Positions 9,077-19,088 of a stretch of DNA of 64,000 nt are shown here, piece after piece. Source of the stretch: Candidatus Moanibacter sp. (lineage in GTDB: Bacteria > Verrucomicrobiota > Verrucomicrobiia > Opitutales > UBA2987). Positions within the stretch are counted from its first letter, which is position 1. Each line of letters opens with the position of its first letter. A program made the position numbers and the translations under genes. The notes beneath the pieces are model-generated. The model was not told where the DNA came from. It searched no databases and saw only the letters and a list, made by a program, of their open reading frames with translations. The stretch spans positions 71,345 through 135,344 of the forward strand of contig CBDCEW010000095.1 in the NCBI GenBank assembly GCA_965215885.1, read 5' to 3'.

Positions 9077-10072
9077 TCAGAACTGGCTCAGCCGCACCAT
9101 CCGCTGGGTTTCGACATCCCAAACTTTCAGGCGCAGGCAACGGATCACTTCCAAAGGGTTCAGCGAGGTCGTCTTCGGCGTCTGCAGTTCCGGCATCTTC
9201 CTCATCACTTCGGGCAGCCGGTAAAAGGGAATGCGAGAATTGAGGTGGTGAATGTGATGGCAGCCGATATTACCCGTGAACCAAAGCATCACCCTGTTCA
9301 TTTTCATAAAGCTGGAAGATTCCAGAGCGGCTCCCTCGTAGGTCCAGCCGGCGTTGTCCTTCAAGGTCACGAGCGGGAAGTTATGCTGGGCATAGAACAG
9401 GTAGGACCCGCTCGCGCAGCCGATGAAATGAGGAATGACGAGGGTGAGAAAAAGAGCGGTCCAGCCGGCGAAAACCACCAATAGAGTGCCGACAGCGATG
9501 TGCAAAATGATCGCGACGATCGAGTCAAAGTGTCTCCGCGGGTTACTGACGAAGGGTTGGATGCACATCCCGAAGATGAAAATGAAGAAATAACCGAAAA
9601 AGATCGTGAACGGACTGCGCATGAAGAGATACCTCGCCCGTTCCGCTTTGGACCCCTCCAGGTAACGCTTCTTGGTCATGATCGGAAAGGAACCGATGTG
9701 GGCGCCCCGAAGCTTGGAGTTGTGGGTGTGATGATAATTATGCGAACTCGTCCAGATACTGCTCGGGGTGAGTGCGTAGAGGCCGTACAATTTCATCAGG
9801 GCGGCGGCTAATCGGGATTTTGGCAGGATAGCGTGATGCTGGTGGTCGTGATAAATCACGAACATCCGCACGAGAAGCAGTCCGCAGAGGATGCTGCAAA
9901 GCACCCTGCCGAGAATGTGGAAATTCCAAAGGGTACCCGCCATGACGAAGGCGAGCAGCACTCCCGTGGAAATCACATGCCACCAACTCTCGGCCGTGAA
10001 ATCCCGCGCGAATTCCTTCGTCGCAAGAATAAGTTGCTTACCCTCTCTCACTTTAATCCGGGATTTCCCCAT
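9077..10072 (-). CDS. Membrane fatty acid desaturase
   Basis: His boxes HDHQH, HNYHH, HHIHH and hydrophobic segments; likely start MGKSRIK. Confidence 0.9.
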   Translation of the reverse strand: MGKSRIKVREGKQLILATKEFARDFTAESWWHVISTGVLLAFVMAGTLWNFHILGRVLCSILCGLLLVRMFVIYHDHQHHAILPKSRLAAALMKLYGLYALTPSSIWTSSHNYHHTHNSKLRGAHIGSFPIMTKKRYLEGSKAERARYLFMRSPFTIFFGYFFIFIFGMCIQPFVSNPRRHFDSIVAIILHIAVGTLLVVFAGWTALFLTLVIPHFIGCASGSYLFYAQHNFPLVTLKDNAGWTYEGAALESSSFMKMNRVMLWFTGNIGCHHIHHLNSRIPFYRLPEVMRKMPELQTPKTTSLNPLEVIRCLRLKVWDVETQRMVRLSQF

Positions 10073-10801
10073 ATGATGCGTATGAATCGTTGAAGTCATC
10101 CACCTTTGGATCTTTCGAGTGTTTTTACCTCCTTTCAATTCGCTTTCGCAATTGTTTTTCTTGGTATCTGCCAGTTCAGATCTGTCGCAATGAAACCGAC
10201 CCGCGCAAACATCTCGTCAGCATGCCACTCTACCTCGGAATGAACGCCGCTCTCGACCAAACGTCGTGGTCGACCTTAGAGAAGCCCCTCCAATCGAAGA
10301 GAACAGCAGGATTTTCCCTGGTCGACTTAACTACCTCGTTCATCCCGCGCAAGCGCGGTCCTACCTGCCAGCGACCAGCTTTGCCCCGTTGCCACGTCGG
10401 TAACGACGTGGCTGCAAAATAGCTGACCACTGTTTACCGTTTATTTGCTTCACTTTCATTCTCACTGAATTCCTCTCCCCTAATTGTGCCCTTCTGTTCA
10501 GCAGGTTCTTCGACTTTGCGTCTTCTTGACATGGCGTACTCCCGCTTGCGGGTTGAAGACAGTGTTATGCAACTCCTCTCCCTCCCTATTCGTTGCCCTT
10601 CATTTCCCGGCTTGCCGGGACTCACTCTCCCCTTTCACTCGCCCCACTTTCGCGCTTTTTCGCGTGGTTAGCGGGCAATTCCCTTCTTTGGCGGCGGATA
10701 TATTACCTGACCCTGGTGCACACCTCCGCTCGGACAGTGGCACGGTTCCGGTAGGCACTGTGAATCATGTTAATAACTCCTCCTTGCTCACCGCCACAGT
10801 T

Positions 10802-11340
10802 ATGTCGAAAATGCGCCGAATAGACAATCAATCGATTCAAGTTCAATATAACCAGGGACTGGAGTCGCTGGAGAGAATACTGTCTAAGGTGCGACGGGCC
10901 GGAGATTATTTGTTCACGGCAATGCCGAAGTGCCGATGCCGAAACTCGAAGTGGAAGGCGCGGGCATCATTTCGTTCCCTGTTCCGGAAGTGCAGGTCCG
11001 CCAACTGATCCAACAGGCCGAACGCGCGCCATATGGCCGGGGTGTGGAGACGATTCTCGACACTTCAGTGCGTAAGGTGTGGCAGTTGCATCCGGCGAAG
11101 GTGCGCCTCAGCGGCAAATCGTGGGCAGCGCACCGAAAAGACCAAACCCGTCGACGCCGAGCTCGTGGCGGATTTGCTCGATGCGCTTGCCCTGCTCGAA
11201 GCCGATGCGCTGCGCGAGCGAGCGGCGGCAAGCATTATCGCCCGTGCGGCCGTCTTCGATCCCGGCAAAGTAGTCGTGCCCGCGCTCACATCGCTGCACG
11301 AGCGGAATAGGCCGTCCATTGAGAGCGAAGGCTCCGTCCC
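10802..11340 (+). pseudogene. 2OG-Fe(II) oxygenase-like gene remnant
   Basis: AERAPYGRGVETILDTSVRKVWQ N-terminal motif, frameshifts, catalytic core absent, then a distal helical fragment. Confidence 0.6.
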
Positions 11341-11568
11341 GCCCCGGGTATTTGCGCGAGGCTGGCATCGAGAATGGCCGACGCCTCTATCCGCGCCAGG
11401 AGTTGGTCTCCCTGCCAGTGAGGAAGATCAGGACACCCATGTTTTAAATGAAGTCGAAATTCGGCACGCGCCGTCTATGTTCAATTCAAGAAGGCTCCCG
11501 TTGCGAAGACCATTGATCAATCGGGTGAGAGGTTACAGGTAGCGATTGACCTCGATAGAGAAGGTCCT

Positions 11569-11625
11569 TGGAGATTCGAAGACTACCTGAAGAGCGGCTC
11601 AGGCAGGCGCTTTCATTAACGCCCG
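11569..11625 (+). pseudogene. GIY-YIG C-terminal remnant
   Basis: WRFEDYLKSGSGRRF; similar in nucleotide sequence to 7532-7585. Confidence 0.55.
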
Positions 11626-11665
11626 CGACCCACTCAGGAACTTCATTTGCCTGCCGACGTTTGGT

Positions 11666-11899
11666 CTACGTTGCCAATTCTCGAACGTGCGCTATCTCAT
11701 TCGCGGCAACCGGTCGTACCTGGTCAGCCTCCAGAGTTACTAACGCCGCCGTTTTTCCAGAAAACGTCACGAACTCTACTTCGTAGGCTCTAGCTCCCGG
11801 ATAAACATGCACAATCGCTCCGATGTCACCTGACTGGAGACCATGGCTGGGTTCGTCCAGTGCCAATACGACTATGTCATGCTCCTTAAGCTTCATCAT
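11666..11899 (-). CDS. DUF4926 protein
   Basis: KEHDIVVL...GLQSGDIGAIVHVY...YEVEF. Confidence 0.85.
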   Translation of the reverse strand: MMKLKEHDIVVLALDEPSHGLQSGDIGAIVHVYPGARAYEVEFVTFSGKTAALVTLEADQVRPVAANEIAHVRELAT

Positions 11900-12239
11900 C
11901 TTCCTCCTGAACCGGATATACAGTCACCAGTCTGGGAAATTCCTCATCGATGTCGAGAATCCATACGCTGCGCACAGTAGGGGCACGGCCATCAGGAGAC
12001 ATCAGAGGTCCCTCGACAACCCATTTCGTGCCAAAAGTAGCCTTATACTCTTCAACAACAGGGTTTCTGAGGGCATGCGAGCGAAGGGCATTCGCTAGTT
12101 CTTCGGGTCGATCGGGCGCAAAGCCAAAACGGATGAAAAATCGTGCTTTCGAACCCCCTACCGGGTGAGAGACATCCAAAAGGTAACCACCGATCTTGGC
12201 GTCATCGATTCTCGCATTCCTCGCGTCAAATTCGCTCAC
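11886..12239 (-). CDS. DUF6883-like protein (predicted toxin partner of DUF4926)
   Basis: KIGGYLL..SHPVGGSKARFF..FGF...PDGR...VRSVW...PRLVTVYP; overlaps the DUF4926 gene. Confidence 0.75.
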   Translation of the reverse strand: MSEFDARNARIDDAKIGGYLLDVSHPVGGSKARFFIRFGFAPDRPEELANALRSHALRNPVVEEYKATFGTKWVVEGPLMSPDGRAPTVRSVWILDIDEEFPRLVTVYPVQEEDDEA

Positions 12240-12258
12240 GGTCCTCTTAAACCATCAG

Positions 12259-12480
12259 CTACGGCTGGACCGTCAGAGGTTCGCCCGCATCAGAGTAATC
12301 AGGCTTATCTTTCCCATATGCCCTTTCAAGCAATGCAGCAGATGCGGCAAGAAAATCGCCCCTCTCACCGGCCGCTTCCGGAGAAGGAACTTCCAAAACA
12401 ACCTTGCTTCCCACCGGCAGCTTCAAAGGCTTTTGCAGGACAAGATGCCTGGAATCCTCTATTTCGGCTTCAATTCGCAT
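12259..12480 (-). CDS. Small antitoxin-like protein
   Basis: N-terminal beta pattern (PLKLPVGSKVVLEV) and LERAYG..PDY tail. Confidence 0.45.
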   Translation of the reverse strand: MRIEAEIEDSRHLVLQKPLKLPVGSKVVLEVPSPEAAGERGDFLAASAALLERAYGKDKPDYSDAGEPLTVQP

Positions 12481-12485
12481 GTAAA

Positions 12486-12704
12486 TCAGGCGCTCGTCAG
12501 GCTCTCACATGCGTGCTCCAGAACGGCTTCTACCTGTTCGCGTGAAACTCCGGGAAACCATTTAATAAACTCGTCAACCTTCGCTCCATCTTCAAGGTTC
12601 TCGAAAAGCGCGGAAACCGGAACGCGGGTTCCCTGAAATATCCAAGCACCGCTAACGTTTTGAGGATCGCGTTCTACGGCAGAACACTCCGACCAATCCA
12701 GCAT
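12486..12704 (-). CDS. DUF433 antitoxin-like protein
   Basis: VSGAWIFQGTRVPVSALFENLEDGA...FPGV. Confidence 0.85.
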   Translation of the reverse strand: MLDWSECSAVERDPQNVSGAWIFQGTRVPVSALFENLEDGAKVDEFIKWFPGVSREQVEAVLEHACESLTSA

Positions 12705-12865
12705 CTGACCAACTTACATCCTAAGTTCAGATTCAGCAAGTGCCCTTTTCCAGATGTTCCACGCCTCCTCCTAGCCCGATGCAGTCGTGGCGTAGTCGGG
12801 CAATACAACCCAAATCTCGGCTTCAGAATCGCAACTCCGCCCGAACCCGCACAAGAACCTCCGCT

Positions 12866-13117
12866 ATGTACTACGTTTACCGAATCCAAAGTATCTCACA
12901 CCGAAAGAGAGATTACTCAGGTTTCACAGAGATCCTTAAGCAGCGTGTAAAAGACCACAACGCCGGAAAAATAACCAGCACAAAGGGGCACGGTCCCTCG
13001 GAGTTAATCTTCTATTCCGCTTTCGCCCGCCGCAAAGATGCTCTTGCCTTCGAACGCTACCTCAAGACCGGATCCGGAATCACCTTCGCTCAGAAGCGAT
13101 TATGGCCTGAACGGTGA
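12866..13117 (+). CDS. Small GIY-YIG nuclease family protein
   Basis: MYYVY...YSGFT...RVKDHNAG...ALAFERYLKTGSG. Confidence 0.85.
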   Translation: MYYVYRIQSISHRKRDYSGFTEILKQRVKDHNAGKITSTKGHGPSELIFYSAFARRKDALAFERYLKTGSGITFAQKRLWPER

Positions 13118-13618
13118 CCCATTCCGGCAGATCATTCGCCCGATGACATCTCTAATGTCCTCAGGATTCCGTGGCACCATTGGTCCAATCCTTTCCCACA
13201 TCCAATTTTCTAAATTGAAGCATTAGGAAGGAAGCGAATTTCTCCATTTCTTCATGCTCGACGGAATACCCTTCGCAAACCTCGAAAATCGCAGAATCCT
13301 CCTCGGCCGAACTGGGAAAAGCATAGATGCGCTCCAAGCCGTGGTCGGCCAATCGGCCCCCAAAAACCATCAAAAGCGTTGTGCCGCTCCCTCAAGGCGT
13401 CCAGCAAACAAAAAAATACAGCAACCGCTTTTCCGGAAGCCTTTGCCAGTTCTTCCCGCCAGGAGTTGAAAGCCTCCGGTTGGTCCACTAATCCCGTATC
13501 GAATGTCGGTTCAATTTTGGGAGGGAAGGGTTCCTGCACTATCGACAGTTGGTCTCCAACTTGTAGAAAGCCTAATGAAAAGAGACTATTACGGCCTGCC
13601 CTCCGATAACCACAATCT

Positions 13619-14249
13619 ATGTTATTCAATTCCTTCCCCTTTCTGCTCGGATTCGCGCCTATCGTAATCGGCGTTTACTTTCTTCTCGGAAAGCTCGACG
13701 AAAAACTCTGGCCGAAGTGTTGGCTAATCTTTTCATCCCTAATCTTCTATGCTTGGTGGAACCCCCCCTATTTACTCCTCCTGGTCACTTCAATTTCTGT
13801 CAATTTTCTCTCAGGAACTCTCATTCACCGAGGGAGAAAGCGAAGACAGATAAGACGAAGTCGCGCTGCTGTATTCTTTGGAGTTACCTTCAATCTCGGG
13901 GTCCTGGCAGTCTTCAAGTATTATAATTTCTTTATCGAAACGATTCAACCGATAATTGGCAGCGAACTGATCTTGCACACATTAATTCTACCACTGGGAA
14001 TTTCCTTTTTTACCTTCCAGCAGATCACTTACCTGGTCGATCTCTATCAGGAGAAAATTCAAATTCACTCGATTCTTGATTTCTCCCTATTTGTTTCCTT
14101 TTTTCCACAATTGATCGCTGGCCCGATTGTTCACCACAGCGAAATGATGCCGCAATTTCGGCGGAGAGAAACCTTTTCCTTTCATGCAAACAATCTGATT
14201 CTCGGATCCTCCTTCTTCACCTTGGGTCTCTTCAAGAAAACCGTACTAG
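13619..14249 (+). pseudogene. MBOAT O-acyltransferase (AlgI/DltB-like), truncated by IS1380
   Basis: MLFNS, SLIFYAWWN, LPLGISFFTFQ, FFPQLIAGPI, GLFKK; breaks at the CTAG of the IS end. Confidence 0.85.
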
Positions 14250-16100
14250 CCCTAAAATAAGCGCGTTTAAAGGTTGAACAGGAAACTTCGTTATTCCTAA
14301 CGTTATTTGCCATGCTGGCGGTAGTTTTGCCGCCGCCACCCTTGGGCTGGTTTCATGTTTTGCTTTTTTTGAGTCATATCCGTTCTGTTTTAACGTTAGT
14401 TCTGTCCCCTTTTTGGGATACGCCGACAGTCCTTCCGTTGTGGCTGTGCGTTCGCGGTTACTTGATCTGCTACCCAGGCGACATAGATCGGAATCGCTCC
14501 CAGGTGCTGATAAAATCTCCCATCCACTCGTTCCAGCTTAAAAGCCGATAAACAATTCGGCGCCCGCTTCGGATGATTTGCGCGGGGAGCAAGATGATGG
14601 CGTGAAGGAAGCGCCGAAACTCCATCTTCACGATCTCCAACCCCCGCTGGCGGTTGGGCATGAGTAATCCATACCACGCCTTCAGGTTCCAGGCCAATGC
14701 TGTCATTACCATATAGGCCCAATTGCTCAAAAGATCATCCACGGGCATACGCATCGCATTAACCCCGTTTTTGAGTTGCTCAATAACGTTCTCCTGATCG
14801 CAGCGTTGATTCGCAAAGGCGACCACCTGCTCCTTAGTCAGGTCCCTACGATTTGTGATATAAAAAAAGTAGCGGATCTCATCAAAGAGCACTACTTCGC
14901 CCTTTTGCACACTGATGTTCTTACGCACCACCACCATCCGATAGGTCTTTTTGCACTTGTTGGGCCGATAGTCCAACTCGGCCACACTTTCTGCCTCCAG
15001 CACCTTGTTTTCAAAACCCTTCTGGTGCACGATCCCTTCCTTCACTCGCGGCGCTTTAGCTCTCGATTCGGTCGCTATTTCATGCTTGGGCAACCGCTCC
15101 AGTTCGCTCCAGGCCGTCTCTCTGAACTCCTCGGCCAGTCCCACCACTTTGGGATGCGCATCCATTCCGAAGATAAATCCCGTTCCTTCTTCATCCCACC
15201 GATCGAAGTTTTCTGTCAACGAAAAGTCCGTATCCCCTCGCAAGCAGATTTTCCCCGCATGCGCACGCACAAGTTCCACCGCCCGATCAATCCACTTTAC
15301 GCATCCCTCATGGCTAGTCTCATTGCCCGGTCGATTCACCATGTAGAGCACTTCCCTGGTATTTGCCAAACTCACGATCAGCGGTGCATAGCCCCAGATC
15401 CCCTTATAGCTTATTCCCATACCCCCTTTGCACTTCCCTCTCGTCTGCGCTATCGTCCCGTCCACATCGATGAACGCCTCCTCCATGAATCCTTTTGCCT
15501 GCTTGTTCCACACCCCTTGCCGTATCCGGTTGATCCCTTCCATCAATTTTTCGATCGCGCCTTCATCAAAGCGTCGGGTGAAGTCTCCACTGGTCGTCGG
15601 ATCCGGTATCCTCTGCGCTCCTAAGGCATTCAGAAAAACCTCGTCCTTGCGGCGCAATTCGATGTCTTCGAGCCGGATCCCTCCCAATAATGCGTTGTAG
15701 GCTATGTTGAGCACATGATCACTCTCATGATACGGCAGGTGGCGCTTGAGCAACTGCACGCTCTGGTCGAGCTCTTCCACCAACCCCAGTCTCTTCACCA
15801 TCAGGTGAATCGCTCCTATCCCTCCACAACTCACCCCTTTGCCTCGTTCGGCCGTCTCGTAGTGGATGTTGCTCGCTTTGAACATCGGTTTGGCCTGTTC
15901 AGGCCAGCCCCGATTTCTAAGCCGATGCTTTATTCTTCTCTTGCTATTGTGGAGGTTCTTGCGGTATCTTCTTTTCACTCGAAACGTCCTTTTTTTCTGG
16001 GTGGTTTTTTTGGTCGATTAACAGTTTTCCCAGTATCTAAGCGCGTTTCGAGCTTTTTATTGCGTTAGGTATATTCCAATCACACTTGTTCGAGGACTAG
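14246..16100 (-). mobile_element. IS1380-family insertion sequence
   Basis: Imperfect terminal inverted repeats (14/20 matches) both bounded by CTAG; encloses the transposase. Confidence 0.75.
14470..15978 (-). CDS. IS1380-family transposase
   Basis: IDVDGT, GYAPL, RPGN, RGDTDF, NQRCDQENVIEQLK. Confidence 0.9.
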   Translation of the reverse strand: MKRRYRKNLHNSKRRIKHRLRNRGWPEQAKPMFKASNIHYETAERGKGVSCGGIGAIHLMVKRLGLVEELDQSVQLLKRHLPYHESDHVLNIAYNALLGGIRLEDIELRRKDEVFLNALGAQRIPDPTTSGDFTRRFDEGAIEKLMEGINRIRQGVWNKQAKGFMEEAFIDVDGTIAQTRGKCKGGMGISYKGIWGYAPLIVSLANTREVLYMVNRPGNETSHEGCVKWIDRAVELVRAHAGKICLRGDTDFSLTENFDRWDEEGTGFIFGMDAHPKVVGLAEEFRETAWSELERLPKHEIATESRAKAPRVKEGIVHQKGFENKVLEAESVAELDYRPNKCKKTYRMVVVRKNISVQKGEVVLFDEIRYFFYITNRRDLTKEQVVAFANQRCDQENVIEQLKNGVNAMRMPVDDLLSNWAYMVMTALAWNLKAWYGLLMPNRQRGLEIVKMEFRRFLHAIILLPAQIIRSGRRIVYRLLSWNEWMGDFISTWERFRSMSPG

Positions 16101-16814
16101 TCCTCGGACCGAATAGGGTCCCAATAATGATTTCCTCCTTCATCCATCGACCACCGCAAGGAACAGTGGGACGGCTACTGCACCCGTGGGCATTCTCTTC
16201 GAATTTCTCCCACAGTCGGCTTCCCAATCCCCATTCGTTGTACATCCTCCATAGCTTTAGCGTAGGAGGGCCCTTCATTTCCCGGCCTGCCGGGACTCAC
16301 TCTCAAAATCCAATGTTCCCTCTCGCTCATTTGGGAGAGCCTTTCGCGCTATTTCGTGTTGTTAGCGGGCAATTTCCTTCCTTTGCGGCGGATATATCAC
16401 CTGTCCCTAGTGTACACTCTTTTTGCAAAATGCTTGTCGATTAGCCGGTAGACCAGCAAGAAATCCTGCCGGATTCCTCTACGCCAAGATTATCCCCTGA
16501 CTCCTCCCGGTGGGAAGGGACGGTGAAATGATATTGCTTACGGCGATCTCTTGCACGACGTCACTGCGGCAGGTGTCGAATTCGAAAAACGGTTGACGGC
16601 CATTCTCCTGAATCCTTACGTACGCGCACTTCCTGCGGTTTGATCCCGAGCTCAGCAACATGAGTAAATCGGCAGAGGTCGCAGACAAGCTCCTCAAGAA
16701 ACAAGCGTAGCTCGAAGTAATCTTCTTCAGCGAATGACATCGCAACTGGGATCGTATCCTATGGCTTCTACATGCATGCCCTAAGACCGCTCCTGCTGAG
16801 ATAAACAATACTCG

Positions 16815-16958
16815 TCAAGCATCTTCCTCGCTAAGCTTGGCTATTGCCACTGCAAAGGCTTCAAGATCTCTGAGATCACTTTGAAGCACTTTGTATATGA
16901 TCTCGTGGTCAATGTCTGCGTAACTCAAACGGGTTGCTAGAATTTCACGATCAACCAA
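16815..16958 (-). pseudogene. HEPN (DUF86/HepT) toxin with in-frame internal deletion
   Basis: MVDREILATRLS joined to YADIDHEIIYKVLQSDLRDLEAF (47 aa); RxxxxH motif absent; overlaps the MNT stop. Confidence 0.7.
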
Positions 16959-17415
16959 GGAACCGGCCCTCCCTCAACTGTTTGAACAAGGCCTCGTCAT
17001 AAATGCTGGAATAGTGCTGGAAATCGAGGGCTTCTTTAATTGCGGCCGCTTCGAAGATAATGCGGTCGCGCTCGCTTCGCGCGTAAACCAGCTTCCCGTT
17101 GCGCACAACACGGTCCTTGATGATCGAACCCGCCGTGTTGAGAACGACCAAATCCATATCCTCCCGCCCGCAGACCTCCTCAAGGGACGTATGCAGCTCG
17201 ACCCGTTTTCGCCTATCCCGGGCTGCGCCATGTTCAATAAGTACCGCAATATCAAAATCGCTCAAGGCGCTTTGGGTTCCTCGAGCATGGGCACCGTGCA
17301 GATAAAGAAGGATAACCGGCAAATCCGCGCATGCCCTTGCCAGGGCGGCAACGATCTGCTCCACTTCATCCGGCTTCAGAACCTTTACTTCTTGCAATGT
17401 CGAGTGCAGACGCAT
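16951..17415 (-). CDS. Minimal nucleotidyltransferase (MntA-type antitoxin)
   Basis: LYLHGAHARG...SDFDIAV...DLVVLN; start uncertain. Confidence 0.8.
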   Translation of the reverse strand: MRLHSTLQEVKVLKPDEVEQIVAALARACADLPVILLYLHGAHARGTQSALSDFDIAVLIEHGAARDRRKRVELHTSLEEVCGREDMDLVVLNTAGSIIKDRVVRNGKLVYARSERDRIIFEAAAIKEALDFQHYSSIYDEALFKQLREGRFLG

Positions 17416-17567
17416 GGCTTTATTCAAATAGAAAACTCCTTTATCACAAAGACGGTGTAACACTTTGCCGCGAAACACAATATTCGAGACATCAATGGTC
17501 ATTGTTGCTGGTTCCAGCTCCTTTCCAGGTCCCCGCGAACTTCACATATACAGGTTGCATGGCAATG

Positions 17568-17710
17568 CTCGCACGCAAGCGAGTTTCCCACCCACAGTCT
17601 CACTGGTCGGCACAGCCAATCTGCCCCGATTTACCGTAAGGGTAGGAAGCTCGCTCGCGAGCGACACACACGTCCTTCGATTTCCTCTTGCGCGCAAGCG
17701 CGCTTCCTAC
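17568..17710. repeat. Cluster of three GTAG/GTGG-type REP palindromes
   Basis: GTAGGAAGCTCGCTCGCGAGCGA at 17642 and inverted copies ending TTCCCAC (17591) and TTCCTAC (17710). Confidence 0.7.
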
Positions 17711-17846
17711 CCATCGTATGTAGCCGGTCCGCTCAGCGACAAAATAGCTTGGGGATTTTCCCTTGCAACCAATTCAGGCGATCGACCCCTCAATTATTGG
17801 CTCGAAACCGATCGACCTATTCGCCAATGATAAAGACGAGAACACT

Positions 17847-18253
17847 GTGAATCTTCCGGACGTGACAGAAAAGGAAAAACATCGATCTGAAGCCGAGATA
17901 AAGCTCCTGACAGGCGCTGTACTCACCGGTCCCGGGGAAACGGAACTCGAATTGAGAAAGGCCATCGAAGCGAGAGTGGCCGAGCTGGGAGGGAGTAGGC
18001 GACCGAAATCTGACTCGGACGTGCCTCCAGAACTTGAGAGCTACGTGGATAAGGTCGGGAGGCACGCTTATAAAGTGACTGATGACGACATAGAGAAACT
18101 AAAGAGCGCAGGTTATTCAGAAGACGCGATTTTCGAAATCACCTTGAGCGCTGCCCTGGGCGCCGGTCCATGGTGAGACGTTTGGACGGGAACGCTATGG
18201 GACGTTTGGAACGCGGACTAACTGCCTTGAAAGGCACCCAAAATGCGACTTAA
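17847..18253 (+). CDS. Cys-less CMD/AhpD-like partner protein with apparent 29-nt insertion near the 3' end
   Basis: YVDKVGRHAYKVTDDDIEKLKSAGYSEDAIFEITLSAALGAG; the expected tail MGRLERGLTALKG resumes at 18197 in another frame; start uncertain. Confidence 0.65.
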
Positions 18254-18824
18254 GAAAGTTGAAGAGGGACACGGTTTTCTCACGAAACTAAAGTTGGGGC
18301 TGTTTGGAGTCGTCGCGCGCAGGAGAGCGCCCGATGTCGTGAGGACCCTGTTTTACAGGCCCGAGTTTTTCGGAGAGCATTATAGTGAGATTCTACAGGA
18401 CGTGATGCGGGGGGATTCAGACTGGACGGTGGGGGAGCGGGAACTATTCGCAGCCTACGTGTCGAAAAAGAATCAATGCCTCTTCTGAACGGGAGCACAC
18501 GGCGCAGTTGCGTCGAAGGTCATGGGAGACTCCATCGTAAACGCGGTCCTGGAAGACGCATCCACCGCGCCCATCGATGATAAGCTGCGAAGCACTCTGC
18601 AGTTCCTTGAAAAATTGACCTTGACGCCGGAGAAGGTCGGACCGGAAGACATCAGACCGATGAAGGAAGCCGGAGTCAGCGATCGGGCCATTGCGGACGC
18701 CATCTACGTCTGCATATTGTTCAACATCATTGACCGAATCGCCGATTCCCTCGACTTTCAGGTTCCGGAACCGAAGGAATTTTCCCGCGCCGCCACCTTT
18801 CTACTCAAGCGCGGTTACCGATAG
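18243..18824 (+). CDS. AhpD/CMD-family peroxidase-like protein, probable selenoprotein (CxxU), 193 aa
   Basis: Two track ORFs share one frame across TGA 18486-18488: GERELFAAYVSKKNQ-C-L-F-U-T-G-A-H, the AhpD CxxCxxxH motif. Confidence 0.85.
18500..18515 (+). promoter_or_regulatory. Putative bacterial SECIS hairpin
   Basis: CGGCGC-AGTT-GCGTCG: 6-bp stem with GU in the loop, starting after an 11-nt spacer from the UGA. Confidence 0.65.
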
Positions 18825-19088
18825 AACGGAATAGGAGTCGACTTCGGCCGCCGGCGGGAAACGGATTGGCGAAGATTTGGCCCGCTGATGCAGTAGCCAT
18901 CCCACTGTTACTTGCGTTAATCGACAGATGAAGGACGAAAACTCAACACAGTCTCTAATCGATCACGGCAGATTGAGTCACTGACAGGCGCAGTGGTATG
19001 GGGCGAAGCCCACCGTGGGAATACTCTTCCTCTTTTTTGAAGCTTCTGTTGACAGTCTATTCCTGATTAGCGAGAAGATCCAATTTCA

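Noticed and set aside
14776..15624. 282-aa plus-strand ORF and similar long antisense ORFs (e.g. 924-1625, 19500-20201, 45822-46616, 54432-55142)
   Set aside because: They are shadows of well-supported genes on the opposite strand and have no recognisable motifs.
18174..18176. Second selenocysteine codon in the partner gene
   Set aside because: This TGA lies inside the 29-nt noisy insertion, is not at a Cys position, and the natural tail is in another frame.
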